Shown here piece after piece: positions 9,587-19,001 of a stretch of DNA of 64,000 bases. Each line of letters opens with the position of its first letter. Position 1 is the stretch's first letter. Source of the stretch: an uncultured Acidimicrobiia bacterium. GTDB taxonomy: Bacteria; Actinomycetota; Acidimicrobiia; Acidimicrobiales; AC-14. Location: positions 128,001 to 192,000 of the forward strand of contig CAWIIV010000006.1 of the NCBI GenBank assembly GCA_963836205.1. The letters run 5' to 3'. A program made the translations under genes and the position numbers. The notes under the pieces are model-generated. The model saw only the letters and a list, made by a program, of their open reading frames with translations, was not told the DNA's origin and made no database searches.

Positions 9587-11839
9587 ATGGCGGACATCTC
9601 GGCGGCGGGGACGGCCACCATGGTTCACCGGTTCGACCCGGCGGACGACGTGCAGGCCGAGGCGGCGGCGAGGATCGAGGAGCGGGCGAGAACCCGCCGG
9701 TCCAACGTCGAGCAGTTCCGGGCCGGGGTGGCCATCGTCGACACCGAGGTGCGCAAGGCCAAGCGCGCCGACCGGATCCGGAGCTACCTCGCCGGCGAAG
9801 CGCCCGCCGGCGCGCCGGTGGCGGTCCCCGGTCCCGGCCCGGTGGTCGCCGATGTCGACGGTCGGACACTCGAGCAGGTGATCAACAGCGCCGACTTCGT
9901 CGGCATCCGCTTCCTCGAGGCGGGCCTGGCCGCAGCCCGGGCCGTCGGCCGGGTCAATGTCCGCAACGCGTCGCAGCAGGTCACCAGCTACGGGACCGCC
10001 TCGCTGATCTCGGCCCAGCTCGCCCTCACCAACCACCACGTCCTGCCCACGGCCGACGTCGCCCGGCGGTCGGCCATCGAGTTCAACTACCAGGACGGCA
10101 TCGACGGCCACCCGCTCCTGTCCCGGATGTTCCCTTTCGACCCCGACCGCTTCTACCTGGCCGACAAGGACAACGACTTCGCCATCGTGGCCGTCTCCGC
10201 CACCGAGGAGGAGCTGGCCGAGTTCGGGTTCAACCGGCTCATCAACGTCGAGGGCAAGGCGGTGGTGGGAGAGTTCGTCACCATCGTCCAGCACCCGCGA
10301 GGCGAGAAGAAGCAGGTTTCCCTCCGGGAGAACCGGGTGGTCGACCTGCTCGACATGTACATCCACTACGCGACCGACACCGAGCCGGGCTCGTCGGGAT
10401 CGCCCGTGTTCAACGACCAGTGGGAGATCGTCGCCCTGCACCACGCCAGCGTCGCCGCCCCCGACCGGGCCGAGCTGGGCGGGATGATGAACGAGGGGAT
10501 CCGGGTCAGCGCCCTGCTGCGGTCGGCCCAGGCCCGGGCCCAGGAGCTACCGGCGCCGATGGCACGCCTCCTCGAAGGCGTCTTCCTGTACGAGCCTTCG
10601 GCCGGGGCCCAGGTGGCTCCCTCGCCCCGGCCCGGGTCGACCACCGCCCCCCGCCGGCTGCAATCGTTCTCGGTGCCCGAGGTCCCCGTGACCGAGACCA
10701 GGATCGTCGTCCCGATCGAGATCATCGTCCGCATCGGCACCCCGCCGGCCGCCACCGTCACTTCGACCGGCCCCGTCAACGGCAGCGGCTACGGCAATGG
10801 GCTCGCCAACGGCAACGGCCACACCAACGGCAACGGCAACGGCAACGGTCACGCGAACGCCAACGGCAACGGTCACGGCGACCGGTCGACCGTCGCGGTC
10901 GCCCTCCCGCCCGCGGCTCCCGCCGCCTCCCCCCTCGAGCCGGCTCGGCCGTTCCAGCCGGCCGAGCCGGCCGAGGAAGCGATCCGGATCGACCCCGACT
11001 ACTCCAACCGCAAGGGCTACGACCCCACCTTCCTCGGCCCCGAAGTCCCGCTTCCCGAGCTGCCCGCCGCCCTGCTGGCCAAGGCCGCCCTGCTGACCAC
11101 GCCCGGCCCGGGGCCCCGCCACGTCCTCCCTTACCACCACTTCAGCGTCGTGATGAACCGGGAGCGGGGCCTGGCCTTCTTCACCGCGGTCAACATCGAC
11201 GGCACCCTCGGCCACCGCCTGCGGCGGGAGACCGACCGGTGGACGCTCGACCCCCGCATCGCCAAGGCGGCCCAGATCGGCGAGGCGGTGTACGCCGACA
11301 ACGCCCTCGACCGGGGTCACCTGGTACGACGGCTGGACCCGGCGTGGGGGCCGTCGGCGGCGGCGGCCAAGCCCGCCAACGACGACACCTTCCACTTCAC
11401 CAACTGCACGCCCCAGCACAAGGACTTCAACCAGCGCCAGACGTCGTGGGCCGGGCTGGAGGACTTCGTCCTCGAGAACGCGGAGAACCACGACCTCAAG
11501 GTGACGGTGTTCACCGGGCCGATCCTCGCCCCCGACGACGACGTCTACCGGGGCGTCAAGCTCCCCCGCCAGTTCTGGAAGGTCGTGGTGATGGCCCGCG
11601 GCGACGGCCGGCTGTCGGCCACCGGCTACCTCCTCAGCCAGGAGAAGCTCATCCACGGCCTGGAGTCGGTCGAGGAGTTCTCCTACGGCGCCTACCGCAC
11701 GTTCCAGGTGCCGGTGGCCCGGGTGGCCCGGCTGAGCGGGTTGTCGTTCGGCAACCTCGCCTCTGCCGACCCCCTGCACGGTTTGGAGTCGACCGAGCTG
11801 TTTCACGAAGTCGGCTCCCCCGCCGACCTCGTGCTCTAG
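9587..11839 (+). CDS. Trypsin/V8-like serine protease fused to DNA/RNA non-specific (His-Me) endonuclease
   Basis: Protease triad TNHHV / DFAIV / TEPGSSGSPV. Nuclease DRGHLVRR, TFHFTNCTPQH..FNQ..W..LE, PRQFWKV. No signal peptide. Confidence 0.9.
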   Translation: MADISAAGTATMVHRFDPADDVQAEAAARIEERARTRRSNVEQFRAGVAIVDTEVRKAKRADRIRSYLAGEAPAGAPVAVPGPGPVVADVDGRTLEQVINSADFVGIRFLEAGLAAARAVGRVNVRNASQQVTSYGTASLISAQLALTNHHVLPTADVARRSAIEFNYQDGIDGHPLLSRMFPFDPDRFYLADKDNDFAIVAVSATEEELAEFGFNRLINVEGKAVVGEFVTIVQHPRGEKKQVSLRENRVVDLLDMYIHYATDTEPGSSGSPVFNDQWEIVALHHASVAAPDRAELGGMMNEGIRVSALLRSAQARAQELPAPMARLLEGVFLYEPSAGAQVAPSPRPGSTTAPRRLQSFSVPEVPVTETRIVVPIEIIVRIGTPPAATVTSTGPVNGSGYGNGLANGNGHTNGNGNGNGHANANGNGHGDRSTVAVALPPAAPAASPLEPARPFQPAEPAEEAIRIDPDYSNRKGYDPTFLGPEVPLPELPAALLAKAALLTTPGPGPRHVLPYHHFSVVMNRERGLAFFTAVNIDGTLGHRLRRETDRWTLDPRIAKAAQIGEAVYADNALDRGHLVRRLDPAWGPSAAAAKPANDDTFHFTNCTPQHKDFNQRQTSWAGLEDFVLENAENHDLKVTVFTGPILAPDDDVYRGVKLPRQFWKVVVMARGDGRLSATGYLLSQEKLIHGLESVEEFSYGAYRTFQVPVARVARLSGLSFGNLASADPLHGLESTELFHEVGSPADLVL
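10778..10880 (+). repeat. (AACGGC)n coding microsatellite, Asn-Gly linker
   Basis: Encodes [34 protein letters not shown]. Confidence 0.8.
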
Positions 11840-11847
11840 GTCCTGCT

Positions 11848-13590
11848 CTAGCTCGGGGCAGGCCGCAGGCGGAGGCCGAGCTCGGCCAGTTGGCGCTCGT
11901 CGACGGACGTGGGCGCGCCCGTCAAGGGGTCGACGCCCGACTGCGTCTTGGGGAACGCGATCACCTCGCGGATGTTCTCCTCGCCGGCCAGGATGGCGAC
12001 CAGCCGGTCGATGCCGAAGGCGAAGCCGGCATGGGGCGGGGCCCCGTGGCGGAAGCCGTCGAGGAGAAAGCCGAACTTGCGCTGGGCGGCCTCGGCGTCG
12101 ATCCCGAGCAGGGAGAAGACCCGCTGCTGCACGTCGGAGCGGTGGATACGGACACTGCCCGACCCGAGCTCCCAGCCGTTGAGGACCAGGTCGTAGGCCT
12201 GGGAACGAACCGAGAGCGGGTCGGACTCCAGCCGGTCGAGGTCGTCGGGGTGGGGCATGGTGAACGGGTGGTGGGCGGGGATGGGCCGGCCCTCGGCGCC
12301 CAGGCCCTCGAACAGGGGGAAGTCGGTGACCCACACCAGCTTGGTGCCGCCCTCGCCCACCGGCGGCCGGCCCAGGTCGAGGCGGAGCATCCCCAGGACA
12401 TGGTTGGCCGTGCGCCGATCGCCGGCCACGACGAGCAGGAGGTCGCCCGGCTGCGACTCGGTGGCGGCCAGCAGGTTCTTCTTCTCGCTGTCGGCCAGGA
12501 ACTTGGCCACCGGTGATTCGAGCTCGCAGTTGCCAGTCTCGAGCGGACTTGTGACCTTCATCCACACCAACCCGGCCGCCCCCGCCTGCTTGGCCCGGTC
12601 GACGAGGCGGTCGAGGGCGGCCCGGCCGTGGGTCGCCACCCCACCCGGCACCCGGATGGCCTTCACCGCCGCCGGCGGGAGGAAGGCCCGGAAGTCGGTG
12701 TCCTCGAACACCGGCGTGAGGTCCATGATCTCCATGCCGAAGCGGAGGTCGGGCTTGTCGGTGCCGTAGCGCTCCTGGGCCTCCTGCCAGGTCATGAGGG
12801 GGATGCGTCCCGGGTAGCCCCGGCCGGCGGCCTCGATGGCGGCCACCACCGCCTCGGAGATGAAGGCGATGACGTCGGCCTGGTCGACGAAGCTGGCCTC
12901 GGCGTCGAGCTGGGTGAACTCGAACTGACGGTCGGCCCGCAGGTCCTCGTCCCGCAGGCAGCGGGCCATCTGGTAGTAGCGGTCGACGCCGCCCACCATG
13001 AGCAGCTGCTTGAACAGCTGCGGGCTCTGGGGCAGCGCGTAGAACCTGCCCAATTGCAGGCGGGACGGCACCACGAAGTCGCGGGCGCCCTCGGGAGTCG
13101 ACGCCACCAGCACCGGCGTCTCCACCTCGAGGAAGCCGTTGGCCTCCATGGTGCGGCGGACGGACGCCATCACCGTCGCCCGCAGGCGAAGGTTGCGCTG
13201 CATGACCGGGCGACGGAGGTCGACATATCGGTGGCGCAGACGGGTCATCTCGTCGGCGTCGGTGCGGTCGGAGACGGGGAAGGGCGGCGGTTCGGCCCGC
13301 GACAGGATCTCGACCGCGCAGTCCCCCACCTCGACCTCGCCGGTGGCCAGGGCGGGGTTGACGGTGCCCTCGGGCCGGGCCCGGACGGTGCCCGACACCT
13401 TCACCACGTACTCCGAGCGCAGTTCGTGGGCGCCGTCGACCACGCACTGGACGATGCCGGTGTGATCGCGCACGTCGACAAACGCCAGGTGCTTGCCCTG
13501 CTCCCGCCGGGTGGCGACCCAGCCGCAGACCTCGACCTCCCGGCCGATGTCGGCCACGCCGAGACGCCCGCAGTAGTCCGTCCGCATCAT
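11848..13590 (-). CDS. aspS: Aspartate--tRNA ligase
   Basis: MRTDYCG, STPEGARDF, LPQSPQLFKQLLM, RDEDLRADRQFEFTQLD, HHPFT, GAPPHAG. Confidence 0.97.
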   Translation of the reverse strand: MMRTDYCGRLGVADIGREVEVCGWVATRREQGKHLAFVDVRDHTGIVQCVVDGAHELRSEYVVKVSGTVRARPEGTVNPALATGEVEVGDCAVEILSRAEPPPFPVSDRTDADEMTRLRHRYVDLRRPVMQRNLRLRATVMASVRRTMEANGFLEVETPVLVASTPEGARDFVVPSRLQLGRFYALPQSPQLFKQLLMVGGVDRYYQMARCLRDEDLRADRQFEFTQLDAEASFVDQADVIAFISEAVVAAIEAAGRGYPGRIPLMTWQEAQERYGTDKPDLRFGMEIMDLTPVFEDTDFRAFLPPAAVKAIRVPGGVATHGRAALDRLVDRAKQAGAAGLVWMKVTSPLETGNCELESPVAKFLADSEKKNLLAATESQPGDLLLVVAGDRRTANHVLGMLRLDLGRPPVGEGGTKLVWVTDFPLFEGLGAEGRPIPAHHPFTMPHPDDLDRLESDPLSVRSQAYDLVLNGWELGSGSVRIHRSDVQQRVFSLLGIDAEAAQRKFGFLLDGFRHGAPPHAGFAFGIDRLVAILAGEENIREVIAFPKTQSGVDPLTGAPTSVDERQLAELGLRLRPAPS

Positions 13591-13648
13591 CCGGAGCAAC
13601 GACCGATCCGCGCAGGGACACGCGTGCGGGGATGAGGGCGCGCAGTTT

Positions 13649-14899
13649 TCACAAGAGTCGCTTCCTGACGTGGTCGACAAGGTCGGCCCGGGGCACGACC
13701 TCCTGGTCGCCGGAGCGCAGGTCGCGCAGGGTGGCGGTGCCCTCGGCCGCCTCCCGCTCGCCGACGACCACCGCCAGCCTGGCGCCCGAGCGGTCGGCCT
13801 GCTTGAACTGGGACTTCATCGAGCGGTGGTCGAAGCCCCGGTCGGCGCCGATGCCCGCCTCCCGCAGCTCGGCCGCGATGACGGTGGCGGCGGCACCGCC
13901 GGTGGTGTCGACGACGAAAACCTCGACGGTCGTCTCGGGCACCGGGAAGACGCCCTCCGCGTCGCAGGCGAGCAGCAGCCGCTCGATGCCCATCCCGAAG
14001 CCGATGCCGGGCGTGGGAGGGCCACCGAGGGCCTCGGCCAGCTTGTCGTAGCGGCCGCCGCCACCGACCGCGTTCTGGGCCGAATCGAGGGCGGACGCGG
14101 CCAGCTCGAAGGTGGTGCGGGTGTAGTAGTCGAGGCCCCGCACCAGGCGGGGCTCCAGGCACACGGGCACGCCGAGGGCCTGCAGCCCGGCGAGGACGCG
14201 GTCGAAGTGGGCCCGGCAGGGGTCGCAGAGGTGCTCGACCATCTGGGGGGCGCCGGCGGTGGCCTCCCGGCACGCGGGGCGCTTGCAGTCGAGGACCCGC
14301 AACGGGTTCTGGGCGTAGCGGGCGTGGTGCTCGTCGCACAGCCGGTCGGCCCGCGGCTCGAGGTAGGCCTGGAGGGCCTCCAGGTAGGCCGGACGGCAGG
14401 CGTCGTCACCGAGCGAGTTGAGCAGCAGCTCCACCCGGGTGAGGCCGAGGTCGCGGCACACCGACCAGGCGAGGGCGACCACCTCCACGTCGAGGTCGGC
14501 GTCGTCGGTGCCCAACGCCTCGATCCCCACCTGGTGGTGCTGGCGGAAGCGTCCCGCCTGGGGCCGTTCGTAGCGGAAGTTGGGGCCGACGTACCACGCC
14601 TTGAACGGCGGGAGCGGGCGGTGCTGGACGTAGGCCCGCACCACCGAGGCGGTGCCCTCCGGACGCAGGGCCAGGTGGCGGCCCCCCTTGTCCTCGAACT
14701 CGTACATCTCCTTGCGCACCACGTCGGTGCCCTCGCCGACCCGCTCGAAGACGCCGACGTCCTCGAACATCGGGCTGAGGATGAGGCCGTACCCGGCCCG
14801 CTCGACCCGGCCCGCGAAGCGCGCCACCAGGAGTTCCCACCGGCGGGATTCGGGAGGGAGGACGTCGCGCGTCCCGGTCGAGGCTTGAAACTCAGCGAT
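13649..14899 (-). CDS. hisS: Histidine--tRNA ligase (start appears as ATC)
   Basis: LRPEGTAS, FRYERPQAGRFRQH, LVRGLDYY, GGGRYD. The conserved N-terminus FQASTGTRDVLP lies upstream of the first GTG (14827). Confidence 0.95.
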   Translation of the reverse strand: MAEFQASTGTRDVLPPESRRWELLVARFAGRVERAGYGLILSPMFEDVGVFERVGEGTDVVRKEMYEFEDKGGRHLALRPEGTASVVRAYVQHRPLPPFKAWYVGPNFRYERPQAGRFRQHHQVGIEALGTDDADLDVEVVALAWSVCRDLGLTRVELLLNSLGDDACRPAYLEALQAYLEPRADRLCDEHHARYAQNPLRVLDCKRPACREATAGAPQMVEHLCDPCRAHFDRVLAGLQALGVPVCLEPRLVRGLDYYTRTTFELAASALDSAQNAVGGGGRYDKLAEALGGPPTPGIGFGMGIERLLLACDAEGVFPVPETTVEVFVVDTTGGAAATVIAAELREAGIGADRGFDHRSMKSQFKQADRSGARLAVVVGEREAAEGTATLRDLRSGDQEVVPRADLVDHVRKRLL

Positions 14900-14987
14900 G
14901 GACGGAGGCTACCGGAGGTATCCCGAGGCCTCGCCCGGATAGGTCGGCACCGCCACGGCCCATCCCGTGGCGGACCGGACCCGAGTG

Positions 14988-15982
14988 TTACTTCTCCCGC
15001 CCGAGGGTGTCGCTGACGATCTTCAGGGCCTTGGGCAGGTACTTGCCCAGGGCGACGGCGATGGCGGGCTTGATGGCGACCGCGTAGCCCTGCTCGCTGG
15101 TGTCGGGCGCCCGCACGACCGGAGGCTTGGCCTTGCCGGTCGCGCTCTTGTGGATGCTGGGCGGAAGGTTGGCGCCGGACTTGGCGCTGGCGGTGGAGTG
15201 TCCGACTGCGACCCGCAGGCCGGGGCTGGGCGCCGGTGCCGGCTCCGGCTCGGGCTCGGCGGCGGCTTCGGGCTCGGCGGCGGCCTCGGGCTCGGCGGCG
15301 GCTTCGGCCTCCGGCTCGGCGGCTTCGGGTTCGGCCGTCAGCCTCGGGCGCGGCCTCGGGCTCGGCGGCGGCCTCGGGCTCGGCGTCGGCTTCGGCGTCG
15401 TCGGCGGCGGCCGGGGCCTCGTCGGCAGCCTCGGGTGCGGCGTGCCGCCGCGGGCCGGGACGCGGCCTGCTTCACGGCCAGGGCCACGCCGTCGCCGACC
15501 CGCTTCAGGGCCGCGATCACGCCGGACATGTCGACCGCCGGGGGCGCGGGAGGGGCGGGGGGCGGGGGGGAGGACGCGGCGGTCTCGCCCTGGGCGACGA
15601 GCTCGGCGACGGAGTCGGCCACCCGGGTCTGGATCGAGACGAGGGTGACGAGCTGACCGGACATGTCGGTGATGGCAGCCGTGAGCTGCTCCATGGCGAC
15701 CACGCTGGGGTCGGGTGCCGGCGGGGCCGGGGGCTCGGGCTCGGGAGCCGGTGCCGGTGGAGCGGCGGCGGCGCGCGGCCGGCGGGGAGCAGCCGCCCGC
15801 TTGGTGGTCGATTTGGCCTTGGCGGCCGCCTTGATCGGCGCGGGGGCCGCCGCCTCGGCGGGTGCGGGCGCGGGCGTCTCGGCCGGAGCCGCCTCGGGTG
15901 CGGCCTTGGCCGCCTTCCGGGCCCGGGGGGCGGACGCCTTCTTGGCCTTGGTGGCCTTACCCGTGGGGCTGGTATCGGTCAC
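14988..15982 (-). CDS. Low-complexity Ala/Pro/Lys/Glu-rich hypothetical protein, frameshifted near 15340-15460
   Basis: GTG start with AGGAGG RBS. The coding pattern (AEPEAA repeats) continues across frames to TAA at 14988. Confidence 0.55.
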
Positions 15983-16167
15983 GGTCGTGAATCCTCCTAC
16001 GCATCGATGTCGACAGAAGCGACGAGCGGTTGCTGCAAACCAGGCCCGTCACTCGGCGAAGCGACCATGAACATCGGATGATCCGAAGCTTGCGGCAGCA
16101 TCGGCGTAAACCTACACCGCGACGCGCGTCGCGCCAGGGGCCTGCCGCGCCGCTCGGAATGTCGAGG

Positions 16168-18387
16168 TCAGCGAGGGCCGGCGCCGGGCAGGACCCGGTA
16201 GGCGTCGTACACCGATTCCACCCGCTTGACCGTCGCCAGCACCGACTCCAGGTGGGACGGGTCGGCCAGCTCGAACTCGAACCGGAGGTGGGCGACCTGG
16301 TCGGATCCGGTGGACGTGAACGACGAGACGATGTTGACGTGGTGCTCGGAGAGAACGGTGGACACGTCGCGCAGCAGGCGGGCCCGGTCGAGGGCCTCGA
16401 TCTCGATGGAGGCCACGAACATCCCCACCGACCCGCCGTCCCAGTCGACCTCGATCTGGCGGTCGCCCATGCGCGACGAGAGCGCGACCGCGTTGGCGCA
16501 GTCGGACCTGTGCACCGAAACGCCCCGGCCGGCCGTGACGAAACCCACGATGTTGTCGCCCGGCACGGGCGTGCAGCACCGCGACAGGCGCACCATCACG
16601 TCGTCGAGGCCCTCCACGTGGACGCCGATCTTGCCCCCGACCCGGCGGCGCGACGGGCGGCGCACGGTAGATGGCAGCTGCTCCTCGGAGACCCCGCCGT
16701 GGAGCTCGCGCGACACCCGCTGGGCGACGGTGTGGGCCGACACGTGGCCCTCGCCGATGGCGGCGTGGAGCGAGTCGAGGTCGGCGTAGTGCAGAGCCTC
16801 GGCCACCGCCACCAGCACCGGCGAGGTGGTGAGCTTCTGCACCGGGAGGCCCTCCCGGCGCATGTAGCGCACCAGGTCCTCCCGGCCGTTCTCGATGGCC
16901 TCCTCCCGCCGGCTGCGGCTGAACCACTGGCGGATCTTGTTACGGGCCCGGGGGGTGGCGACCACCTTGAGCCAGTCGCGCGACGGCCCCGCCCCCTCCA
17001 CCTTCGAGGTGAAGACCTCCACCGTGTCGCCCGACGACAGCGACGAGTCGAGGGGCACCAGCCGGCCGTTGACCTTGGCCCCGATGCAGCGGTGCCCGAC
17101 GTCGGTGTGGATGGAGTAGGCGAAGTCGATGGGCGTGGCCCCCGCGGGCAGGGTGACGACGTCGCCCTTGGGGGTGAAGACGAAGACCTCGTCCTGGTCG
17201 AGGTCGACCTTGAGCGTCTCCATGAAGTCGGCCGGGTCGATGGTGTCGCGCTGCCAGTCGACGATGCGGGCCAGCCAGCCCGGCTCGGCGGTGGGGGTGC
17301 GCTTCTCCTTGTAACCCCAGTGGGCGGCGATGCCCGCCTCCGCCCGCTGGTTCATGTCGCGGGTGCGGATCTGGACCTCGAGGGGCTTGCCCTGGGGACC
17401 CACCACCGTCGTGTGCAACGACTGGTAGAGGTTGAACTTGGGCATGGCGATGTAGTCCTTGAACCGACCCTGCACCGGCTTCCAGGTGGCGTGGATGGCG
17501 CCGAGGGCGGCGTAGCAGTCCTTGTCGCTGCCGACCACCACCCGGATGCCGACCAGGTCGTAGATGTCGGAGAACTCCCGGTTCTTCACGACCATCTTCT
17601 CGTAGATGCTCCAGTAGTGCTTCGGCCGGCCGACCACCTCGGCGTCGATGCGCAGCTCGGCCAGGCGGGCCTTGACCATGTCGAGGACCTGGCTGATGTA
17701 GATGTCGCGCTCGGGGGCCCGCATCGACACCATCTGCTCGATCTCGGCATAGCGCTTGGGGTAGAGGGTGGCGAAGGCCAGGTCCTCCAGCTGCAGTTTG
17801 ATGCCGGAGATGCCGAGGCGGTGGGCCAGGGGGGCGTAGACGTCGAGCGTCTCCTGGGCAGTGCGGTGCTGGTTCTCGATCGGCATGGCCGCGATCGTCC
17901 GCATGTTGTGGAGGCGGTCGGCCAGCTTGATGAGCAGGACCCGGATGTCCTTGGCCATGGCCACCAGCATCTTGCGCATGGTGGCGGCCTGCTGGGCCTC
18001 CTTGGAGTCGAAGCTGACCCGGTCGAGCTTGGTGACGCCGTCGACGATGGCGGCCACCTCGGCGCCGAAGTCCTTGACGATGTCGTCGAGGCTGACGCCG
18101 GTGTCCTCCACCGCGTCGTGCAGGAGGGCGGCGGCGATGGTGATGTCGTCGAGCCCGAGGTCGGCCAGGATGGTGGCGACGGCCACCGGGTGCTGGATGT
18201 AGGGGTCGCCCGAGCGCCGGGACTGGCCCCGGTGGGCCACCTCCGCGACCTCGTAGGCCCGGGTGATGAGGGTGGTGTCGGCCTTCGGGTGCCGCGCCCG
18301 ATAGGCGTTGAGGACTTCCTTCAGCTCATCGGCGGATGCCGACCCCGCCGTGCGCCGCCACGGCAACACTCGATCGGCAGTGACCAA
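16168..18387 (-). CDS. relA: Bifunctional (p)ppGpp synthetase/hydrolase Rel
   Basis: PYIQHP, LLHDAVED, KLADRLHNMRT, YQSLHT; TGS (DFAYSIHT), CC and ACT domains. Confidence 0.97.
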   Translation of the reverse strand: MVTADRVLPWRRTAGSASADELKEVLNAYRARHPKADTTLITRAYEVAEVAHRGQSRRSGDPYIQHPVAVATILADLGLDDITIAAALLHDAVEDTGVSLDDIVKDFGAEVAAIVDGVTKLDRVSFDSKEAQQAATMRKMLVAMAKDIRVLLIKLADRLHNMRTIAAMPIENQHRTAQETLDVYAPLAHRLGISGIKLQLEDLAFATLYPKRYAEIEQMVSMRAPERDIYISQVLDMVKARLAELRIDAEVVGRPKHYWSIYEKMVVKNREFSDIYDLVGIRVVVGSDKDCYAALGAIHATWKPVQGRFKDYIAMPKFNLYQSLHTTVVGPQGKPLEVQIRTRDMNQRAEAGIAAHWGYKEKRTPTAEPGWLARIVDWQRDTIDPADFMETLKVDLDQDEVFVFTPKGDVVTLPAGATPIDFAYSIHTDVGHRCIGAKVNGRLVPLDSSLSSGDTVEVFTSKVEGAGPSRDWLKVVATPRARNKIRQWFSRSRREEAIENGREDLVRYMRREGLPVQKLTTSPVLVAVAEALHYADLDSLHAAIGEGHVSAHTVAQRVSRELHGGVSEEQLPSTVRRPSRRRVGGKIGVHVEGLDDVMVRLSRCCTPVPGDNIVGFVTAGRGVSVHRSDCANAVALSSRMGDRQIEVDWDGGSVGMFVASIEIEALDRARLLRDVSTVLSEHHVNIVSSFTSTGSDQVAHLRFEFELADPSHLESVLATVKRVESVYDAYRVLPGAGPR

Positions 18388-18462
18388 CCAGCCCCCCTCT
18401 CCTCATTGAAAGGTACCGACCTGTCCCAGCCTACGTGATCGGTGTCGGCACCATTTGGTGGG

Positions 18463-18987
18463 TCACTCGTAGGTGAGGAGCGATACCGCCTCGTGGGTGC
18501 CGATGCGGGCCCGTCCACCGAGGAACGCCAGCTCGATCACGAAGCCCAGCCCGACCACGGTGCCGCCCGCGGCCTCGACCAGGCGGAGGGTGGCGGCGGC
18601 GGTGCCCCCGGTGGCGAGCACGTCGTCGACGATGAGGACCTCGTCCCCCGCGACGATGGCGTCCTCGTGCATCTCCAGCCGGTCGGTGCCGTACTCGAGG
18701 GCGTACTCCTCGTGGCGGGTCGGTCCCGGGAGCTTGCCCGCCTTGCGCACGGGGACGAAGCCCGCCCCCAGGATGTAGGCGATGGGCGCGGCCAGGATGA
18801 AGCCCCGGGCCTCGATGCCGACGACCTTGTCGACCCGGCGCATGGCGAAGCGGGACGCCAGCGAGTCGAGGGTGCACCGGAAGGCGTCGTCGTCGGCCAG
18901 TAGCGGCGTGATGTCCTTGAACACGATCCCCGGCTGCGGGAAATCCGGAATGTCGCGGATGTGGTCCTTCAGGTGGGCGACGTCCAC
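18463..18987 (-). CDS. apt: Adenine phosphoribosyltransferase
   Basis: IPDFPQPGIVFKDIT, GIEARGF, VRKAGKLP, IVDDVLATGGT. Confidence 0.96.
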   Translation of the reverse strand: MDVAHLKDHIRDIPDFPQPGIVFKDITPLLADDDAFRCTLDSLASRFAMRRVDKVVGIEARGFILAAPIAYILGAGFVPVRKAGKLPGPTRHEEYALEYGTDRLEMHEDAIVAGDEVLIVDDVLATGGTAAATLRLVEAAGGTVVGLGFVIELAFLGGRARIGTHEAVSLLTYE

Positions 18988-19001
18988 AGGCTCGGCGCGG
19001 G

